From positions 1 to 64,000 of the forward strand of contig JAWLHK010000014.1 of assembly GCA_041690355.1 (NCBI GenBank): a DNA stretch of 64,000 nucleotides, in the 5' to 3' direction. Positions 57,608-64,000 of this stretch are shown piece by piece. This DNA comes from a bacterium (GTDB lineage Bacteria; J088; JAWLBW01). The notes below the pieces were generated by a model. The model made no database searches. It was not told the origin of the DNA and saw only the letters and a list, made by a program, of their open reading frames with translations. The position numbers and the translations under genes were made by a program. Every line of letters starts with the position of its first letter. The stretch's first letter is position 1.

Positions 57608-59866
57608 ATGTCGACCTCTGCGTTATCCGCCTTTCCGCTTCATGAAGCTTTCGCCCGGCTGCCCGTGCCGTGCGTCGTTCTTCGCGGGCGGTTGATCGAG
57701 TTCGCGAACGAGCGTTTTCTCTCTCTGGCGGGGCTGTCTTTCGCCGAGGCGCTCGGGCTCCCGTTCACGAAAGGGCTCGCGCCCGCCGATGCGGCACGAC
57801 TCGAGGCTCTTCAGGGGACGCCCGCCGAAGTGCGCTTTACGACCCCCGTCGGCTGGCTCAAGGACACCGCGCCGGCGTTTGAAGTCGTCATCACGCCCCT
57901 TGACGGCGTGCGCTCGCTGCTTACTCTGCTCGCACAGGACCCGGCGCCGATGCAGGTCCCAACGGAGCGTCACCATGCCGACACCGACCTGCGCGAACGT
58001 GAAGAGCGGCTCCGGCTCGCGCTGCAGGCCGCAGACATCGGCATCTGGGACTGGAACATTCGCGACAACACCATCCGGCGCTGGGGCGGCGAGGCGGCGC
58101 GGTACGGGCGTCCCGCCGAGGCGACCGGCACGTTCGAAACCTTTCTGAACGTCATCCACGCGAAAGATCGCGATCGCGTGCGCGAAGCCATCGAGGCCGC
58201 CGTACAGACCGGGGTGGCCTACGATATCGAGTTCCGTTCGGTCTGGGCCGACGGATCCATCCATTGGGTGCACTCCAAAGGGAACGTCCTGCGCGATGCC
58301 AAGGGCGCCCCCGTGCGCATGCTGGGCTACATCCGCGACGTCACGCGGCGCAAGCAAGAACAGAACGCGCTGGCCGAAAGTGACGCCCGGCTGCGGCTCG
58401 CCATCGACGCGACCGGCATCGCCCTCTGGGACTGGAATCTCAAGACCGGGCGCGTCGATGTCTCGCTGGGGGCCGAACTGATCTTCGGCAAGACCCTCGA
58501 GGGGATGGATAACGATCGTTTCATGGAGTTCATCGCGCCAGAAGATCGCCGTCGCGTCGTGCGCGAGGTTACGCAGATCATACTCGGCGGCGCCGGCGTG
58601 CTCGAGACCGAATACCGCCTGCAGGTGGGCAACCGCTGGGTGCGCACGCACGGCCGCATCTTTCGCACGCCCGAGGGTACCCCCGTGCGTGTGCTCGGCT
58701 ATACGCTCGACATCACGCACCAGAAGGAGCACGAGCGCGAGCTGCTCGCCGCCAAGGAGGCCGCCGAGGAGGCCAGCCGGCTGAAATCTTCGATCCTGGC
58801 CAACCTCAGCCACGAGATCCGCACGCCGATGACGGCCATTCTCGGATTTGCCGAGCTGCTCGAGCACAAGCTGGCCGGCTCGTCGCTGCAGGGGGACGCG
58901 CGCATCATCCGCAACGGCGGAAAACGGCTGCTGCACCTGCTCAACAGCATCATCGACCTGGCGCGCATCGAGGCCGGACGCATGCCCTTCGAGCCGACCC
59001 GCCATGATCTGGCGCAGACGGTGCAACGGGTCATCGGCCTGTTCGGCCAGCGCGCCGCCGAAAAAGGGATCGACCTGCGGCTGGCCGCCGAGGCGGGAAC
59101 CATGGTCTTCACCGACAGCAGCGCCGTCGAGCAGATCGTCACGAACCTCGTCAGCAACGCGATACAGTTTACCGAACGGGGGCACGTGACGGTTGGGGCC
59201 TGCCGCCAGGGCGAACGGGGCGTGGTGCGGGTCGCCGACACGGGAATCGGCATTACAGCCGAGTTTCTCCCCTATCTCTTCGATGAATTCCGCCAGGAGT
59301 CCGAAGGGATGGGCCGGCGGTACGAAGGGAGCGGGCTCGGGCTCGCCATCACGCGCAAGCTCATCGATCGGCTCGCCGGCACCATCGAGGTGCGCAGCGA
59401 GAAAGGGGCGGGCACCACGGTAACCATCACGTTTCCCCTGGCCCGGAACGCCGACGACGTTCCCGAAGGAGCCGTCGACTCGGCCGGCGCGCCGTCGGCA
59501 GCCGCCTTGGCCCGCAGCGTGCTGGCCGTCGACGACGACCCCTCCTGCGGGTCGTTGGTCGAAGCGGCCCTCGACGGCCACCGGGTCATCTGGTGCGAAA
59601 CCGCCGAGGCGGCACTCGCGCTAGCCGCGCAGACCCGCTTCGATATCGTGCTGATGGATATCCACCTGCGCAAAGGCGAGATGGACGGCATCGAGGCCAT
59701 GCGGCAACTGCGCGACATGCCGGCGTACGCAGAGTCACGAATCGTCGCGCTGACCGCCTACGCCATGAAGGGCGATCGAGAGATGTTTCTCGAACAGGGC
59801 TTCAGCGATTATCTGGCCAAGCCGTTCGAGCCGGCCGCGCTCCGGCAACTGGTCGATCGGGATTAA
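57608..59866 (+). CDS. Hybrid PAS sensor histidine kinase / response regulator
   Basis: PAS/PAC blocks; SHEIRTPM; DTGIGI, GSGLGL; REC domain VDDD...LMDIHL...LTAYA...LAKP. Confidence 0.94.
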   Translation: MSTSALSAFPLHEAFARLPVPCVVLRGRLIEFANERFLSLAGLSFAEALGLPFTKGLAPADAARLEALQGTPAEVRFTTPVGWLKDTAPAFEVVITPLDGVRSLLTLLAQDPAPMQVPTERHHADTDLREREERLRLALQAADIGIWDWNIRDNTIRRWGGEAARYGRPAEATGTFETFLNVIHAKDRDRVREAIEAAVQTGVAYDIEFRSVWADGSIHWVHSKGNVLRDAKGAPVRMLGYIRDVTRRKQEQNALAESDARLRLAIDATGIALWDWNLKTGRVDVSLGAELIFGKTLEGMDNDRFMEFIAPEDRRRVVREVTQIILGGAGVLETEYRLQVGNRWVRTHGRIFRTPEGTPVRVLGYTLDITHQKEHERELLAAKEAAEEASRLKSSILANLSHEIRTPMTAILGFAELLEHKLAGSSLQGDARIIRNGGKRLLHLLNSIIDLARIEAGRMPFEPTRHDLAQTVQRVIGLFGQRAAEKGIDLRLAAEAGTMVFTDSSAVEQIVTNLVSNAIQFTERGHVTVGACRQGERGVVRVADTGIGITAEFLPYLFDEFRQESEGMGRRYEGSGLGLAITRKLIDRLAGTIEVRSEKGAGTTVTITFPLARNADDVPEGAVDSAGAPSAAALARSVLAVDDDPSCGSLVEAALDGHRVIWCETAEAALALAAQTRFDIVLMDIHLRKGEMDGIEAMRQLRDMPAYAESRIVALTAYAMKGDREMFLEQGFSDYLAKPFEPAALRQLVDRD

Positions 59867-59898
59867 GTTCCCTTCTCCCGCAGCGGCTACTCACGCCC

Positions 59899-62800
59899 TT
59901 ACGGGCACGCCGTTTCGGTGTTCGAGAGCGCCGCAGACCAGCCCTCGATGGCGGTGCCGTTGATCCAGACGTTGACGTACTTCTGGTTCGCGTTGGCGCT
60001 CATCTGCGGAATCAGCAGATCGAAGGTCAACGTACCCCCGCTGAAATAGGCCGTCGTGTCAGTCGGCGTCTGCCCCACGACCCGAAGGACCGAAGGATTT
60101 ACGTTCTCGTACCGCGCAAACAGGTTCCACGTCGGCTGGGTGCTGTCGCCCCAACGCACCCGCACCTGACCCGAGAAGTTGGCGGCGTCGACCCCCAACG
60201 CGTCGACCTTCACCGCGTACGTGCAGTTGAGTCCCACGGCGGTGCGCGCAGGTTGAAAGGCGAAGGCGAAGCCGGTAATCGTCGACGCCTGCACCTGAAT
60301 GGCCGACGAACGCCCGCGCTCGGTCAGGGCGCCGCCGGTGCCCACCTGGCTCGAGATAATCTGGATCGTTCCGTTCGCGGGGCCCTCGACGGCGACCTTC
60401 TGCGACAGGACGCCCGAGCTGAAGTTTACGCTCGTGGTCGGCCGAACGGCGTACCCGAGCACGCTCGACGTGAAGCGCACCTTGTCGTTGAACGACGTCA
60501 ACACATCGCCGAACTGATCCCGTGCAGTAATCGTGATGGCCCGGTCGACGTAGCCGGGCCACTGGGCAGGTATCGTGCCCCACTCCATGGCGGTGAGGGC
60601 GCGGTCTTCGACCGTGAATTCCTGCGAAACGCCCTGCTTGCCGAAAAAGTCGACGGTCAGCCGGTCGAGCGCGGCGTTGCCCTGGGTAAAGGTGATCTGG
60701 GCCTCGAGCACGCCGCCCGAGAAGCCGGCAAGCAGCGTCGGGTTCGTCGAGAGCGTATCGAACCGGTTCGTCACCTTGACCACGCCGTCAAAACCGTCAA
60801 CGACGCCGCCATCCACGTCTCTCGCGGTGATGGTCACGTTGACGAACGAGTCGGCCGGGACCTTGCCGGGAATCACCTCTTCGACCGCGACATCGAAATG
60901 GTGCAGCGATCCTTCGACGACAATGGGGCCGACGGTAACGCGCGAACCGTAGCCGTTGTCGATGAAGACGTATTCCTGCGGGGCCTCGCTCTCGAACAGC
61001 AGGGACTGCGTGCGCGTACCGGCCGCAAACGCGCCCGTGACCGCGACGCCGTTGTCACTGAGAAATCCGCACGAGTACGCAGTCGAACCGTCGGCGCAGA
61101 CCGTGCGCACCGCGCCCGTCGTGCTGGTGACCTGCAGCGAGCCTTCAAAGTCGGCGTCGGGCACCCCGCCCGTCGTCACGGCGAGGTCGAGCGCGAAGCG
61201 CTCGCCGACCTGAACAATGGTGGGCCAGGTGCTTGCCGTCGAAACCGTGTGCGCAACGCTGCTCAGCGTGGCCACGTCGGTTACGGCGTCGTAAAAGACT
61301 GAATTCCAGGTCGTGCGGTACCGCAGACGCGTCGTGTCGCCGCCGCCGAAAGCGAAGCGCAGCTGCGTCCGGGCAACCCCTTCGACGAAATCGACGCCGT
61401 TCGGGTCGAGCGGATTTCCGAAGACATCCGCCAGGGGCACGCCCGCTTCGTTGAAGTCACGCTTGATGTTACCGTAGGCATCGCGGGCCACGGCGCAGAA
61501 GTTGAAGAAATTGAAGACGCGCACGGCGCCGGGCAGCGCGTCGCCGCAGGGGCCGCCGGTATACTCGACGGCGGCCACCGGACCATAGACGACGGCGAAC
61601 GTCGCGGGGAGCGAATAGCCGCTGTGTCCGCGCCCGTCATGCAGGTAGAGATATTCGGCCTGGGCCTGCGACGTGAAACCGATCCGCAGGGGCAGATAGG
61701 TGTTCGTGCAGTTGGCGATGTTGGCCTGTTCGAGGCAATACCGCAGCTCGCCCTGCTCGTCGCTGAGCACGCGCGCGGCGGTCGACCAGGCGCCATCGGG
61801 CAGCACGAAGCGCCCCGACCCCGTTCCGGAATTCAGATAGATCCAGCCCAGCGTCTCGCCGGTGAAGAGGTTGCCCCCCGCATCGAGGGCCGTAACCTCC
61901 AGATCGTGCGCTTCGCTTACATGAAGCACGTTCGGAAAGAGGTCCATGCCGAGACTGAACTTGGCCAACTGTCCCGAGAAGACGGGAAACGGATCGGAGC
62001 AGCCGATCGCCCCCGCCCCGGATACGCACACGCGCGCAGAATCCGTAATCCGGTCGATGTAGGCCTCCTGCCCCATGAGGGCGCCGTTCAGGAACGGGGC
62101 CGTGGTCAGGGCCGGATACATCGTGCCCGTCGTATCGCTGATGCTGGCCCGGTAGTTGAAGGTCGTGGCCGGAGCACAGGGGCCCGAGACGGGATCGTCG
62201 GCACAGGCCACCGCCGAGAAGGTGAACGGCACGTGAGCGCGGACCTGCGTCGACGGCACGGTCACCTGGAACTTGACGACATCGGGCGGCACCAGATCAA
62301 ACGCGTTGGTTTCGTCCTGGAGACCCACCGTGCCGCAGTCGGCCACGATGGATGTGCGCACCGGATAGGCATCGGCGGTGAACCAGACGTCGACTTCGAG
62401 GCCGGGCTTGTCGGTCAGACTCAGGGGCGCCCCTTCGACGTGAAGCGTAGCGAGCGCGCTGCCCGAGGTCAACGCGAGATTGTTGCAGAGGATGTTGTCG
62501 GTAACGTTCCCGAACTCGTCGATTGGTTCCACGCGTACACGAATCAAGTTCGGGCTCGCTGGGTTCAGGGTCAGCCGCTGCGGCGTACCGAGGGGGTTGA
62601 TGCGCAGCGACTCGGCGTGCGCGCTGCGTACGACGAAGGGGCTGCTCAGATTGCCTTGCGGAGAGATGCTGCTGGTGGCCAGCGGATTCGCGGCCACCCG
62701 CGCATTTCCCGACGGCCGGGTCGCCCGCACGGTGACGAAGCAGTGGCTTTCTTCGCCGGGGATCTGGATGGTCGTGCCGAAAATCGGGTCGACGAAGGTG

Positions 62801-63999
62801 TAGGAGTACGTCCCCAGATTGCCCGTCACGAAGTCGGGCGTGAGTCCGGCCGGCTGCGCCGAGGCACCCGAAGCGGCGGTGGAGCAGTTCGAGTCGACGA
62901 CTTCGAGTTCGGTATTGTTGCCTTGGAGCAGGACCCGTCCTGAGAAATCTGTCACGCCGGCGTAGGCAGGCGAGTTGATCGGGTTGGCCGTTCGCGTGCG
63001 CGCGAGTACGAGCACCTGAAAGGGAATGCCGACCTCCTGCTCTGTCGCCGGATCGGTGCTCGTGTAGACGCCCAGCTCCGGCACCGTGCCGTACTGCCCG
63101 GGCAGAAAGACCGTAAAGTCGGAGATCAGATTCGTGTTGTCGAGGTTGAAGTCGAGGGCATGCGGCACGACCTTGAACCAGTCAGAGTACGTACGTACCG
63201 CCCCGTACTCGGCAACCAGTCGAACCGGAGTGATGGACTCCGTAAACCCCGTATCGGCCATGATGTACGAGAAAAAGGTCGTCTGCCCGAGTACCATGGG
63301 CGGGGTCTGCTGAACCCGGCGCGTCACCCCGTCTACTTCCTGCGAGATGGCGACGCTGTCGCCGAACCACAGCACCCGGTTGCCCCAGGCGTCCAGGGCC
63401 GTCACGGTCAGGAGAAAGTTGAAGATGTTCACGTCTTCGGGATTGTAGCGCTGGGCCGGGACAGGCGAGAACCCGAACTGCGCGAGCTCGCCCGGAACGA
63501 CCGAAACGTCCATCTCTGCCAGGAGTGAACCGATGCGCGCGCGCACGGTGTACGGGCTCCGGCCCTGATCGCGCAGGTTGTAGACGTCGACGTAGTAGTA
63601 TCCGGCCTTGCCCGCGTCTTCGACGACCGGCCCCAGACAGGGACCCGAGCAGGCCGCGGTGCCCCGGGTCTCGGTAAAGCTCACACCGCCGGCGTCGCGC
63701 AGCGACACCGTGAAGTCGTCGGCCTTGCCCCCGATGAGGGCGGCGTCCTGGTCGGGCTCATTCGGGTCGTTCACGTAACGGCGCAGGCGCAGTTCGAGCC
63801 GCGTCGTGAACTGACTGTCGATGGCGCATGGGGCGTCGTAACTGCCGCCGCGCCCCGGCCGATCGCAGCCGTCGGCGGAAATGATGCCGTCGAAACCGGT
63901 CGCCGTCTGCATGAGCAGCTGATTCGGCGGGCTGGGCAGCACTTGAAACGTGTTCGACTCACCTGTGTGACCGGCCCCGTCGGAGACGAGAATCCGGGT
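59899..63999 (-). CDS. Giant Ig-like repeat surface/secreted protein, 5' end outside window
   Basis: Frame open to the window edge (TRILVSDGAGHTGESNTFQV precedes the listed start); recurring VTALDAWGN/ARDAYGN/ITARDQFG and GxSxxFxV motifs; Cys pairs. Confidence 0.85.
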   Translation of the reverse strand, partial: TRILVSDGAGHTGESNTFQVLPSPPNQLLMQTATGFDGIISADGCDRPGRGGSYDAPCAIDSQFTTRLELRLRRYVNDPNEPDQDAALIGGKADDFTVSLRDAGGVSFTETRGTAACSGPCLGPVVEDAGKAGYYYVDVYNLRDQGRSPYTVRARIGSLLAEMDVSVVPGELAQFGFSPVPAQRYNPEDVNIFNFLLTVTALDAWGNRVLWFGDSVAISQEVDGVTRRVQQTPPMVLGQTTFFSYIMADTGFTESITPVRLVAEYGAVRTYSDWFKVVPHALDFNLDNTNLISDFTVFLPGQYGTVPELGVYTSTDPATEQEVGIPFQVLVLARTRTANPINSPAYAGVTDFSGRVLLQGNNTELEVVDSNCSTAASGASAQPAGLTPDFVTGNLGTYSYTFVDPIFGTTIQIPGEESHCFVTVRATRPSGNARVAANPLATSSISPQGNLSSPFVVRSAHAESLRINPLGTPQRLTLNPASPNLIRVRVEPIDEFGNVTDNILCNNLALTSGSALATLHVEGAPLSLTDKPGLEVDVWFTADAYPVRTSIVADCGTVGLQDETNAFDLVPPDVVKFQVTVPSTQVRAHVPFTFSAVACADDPVSGPCAPATTFNYRASISDTTGTMYPALTTAPFLNGALMGQEAYIDRITDSARVCVSGAGAIGCSDPFPVFSGQLAKFSLGMDLFPNVLHVSEAHDLEVTALDAGGNLFTGETLGWIYLNSGTGSGRFVLPDGAWSTAARVLSDEQGELRYCLEQANIANCTNTYLPLRIGFTSQAQAEYLYLHDGRGHSGYSLPATFAVVYGPVAAVEYTGGPCGDALPGAVRVFNFFNFCAVARDAYGNIKRDFNEAGVPLADVFGNPLDPNGVDFVEGVARTQLRFAFGGGDTTRLRYRTTWNSVFYDAVTDVATLSSVAHTVSTASTWPTIVQVGERFALDLAVTTGGVPDADFEGSLQVTSTTGAVRTVCADGSTAYSCGFLSDNGVAVTGAFAAGTRTQSLLFESEAPQEYVFIDNGYGSRVTVGPIVVEGSLHHFDVAVEEVIPGKVPADSFVNVTITARDVDGGVVDGFDGVVKVTNRFDTLSTNPTLLAGFSGGVLEAQITFTQGNAALDRLTVDFFGKQGVSQEFTVEDRALTAMEWGTIPAQWPGYVDRAITITARDQFGDVLTSFNDKVRFTSSVLGYAVRPTTSVNFSSGVLSQKVAVEGPANGTIQIISSQVGTGGALTERGRSSAIQVQASTITGFAFAFQPARTAVGLNCTYAVKVDALGVDAANFSGQVRVRWGDSTQPTWNLFARYENVNPSVLRVVGQTPTDTTAYFSGGTLTFDLLIPQMSANANQKYVNVWINGTAIEGWSAALSNTETACP

Positions 64000-64000
64000 C

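Noticed and set aside
1-64000. tRNA, rRNA, riboswitch or IS transposase
   Set aside because: None recognised by eye; covariance-model searches were not possible, so small RNAs may be missed

Overview
High-GC bacterial chromosome segment. TIGR02266-like PilZ, DUF2505, a caa3 oxidase and cmk-rpsA-sppA suggest a deltaproteobacterial/Myxococcota-like lineage (inference). Housekeeping content: ilvD, rmuC, a complete caa3 cytochrome c oxidase operon with assembly genes, trmL, cmk-rpsA-sppA-lapA-like, scoAB and smc. A near-canonical XerCD dif site lies at 46965-46992, and KOPS-like octamers switch strand around it, so the window probably contains the replication terminus. The best candidate for an undescribed system is 50008-57201: eight genes for apparently exported proteins. 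They comprise five paralogs sharing a PG[ASC]G[HQ]xY membrane module (three with TPR-like regions), two YidD-like Cys domains (one standalone, one fused to a TPR-membrane paralog), a LolA-like protein and a degenerate POTRA/Omp85-type barrel, next to yfgM-like/bamB-like genes. Also notable: a heme O synthase-Cox11 fusion, many period-7 intergenic tandem arrays, an 85-bp repeat abutting a truncated SDR gene, an orphan antitoxin-like remnant and a partial giant Ig-repeat protein. No rRNA, tRNA, CRISPR array or transposase was recognised. All calls come from motifs read by eye; no searches were run.
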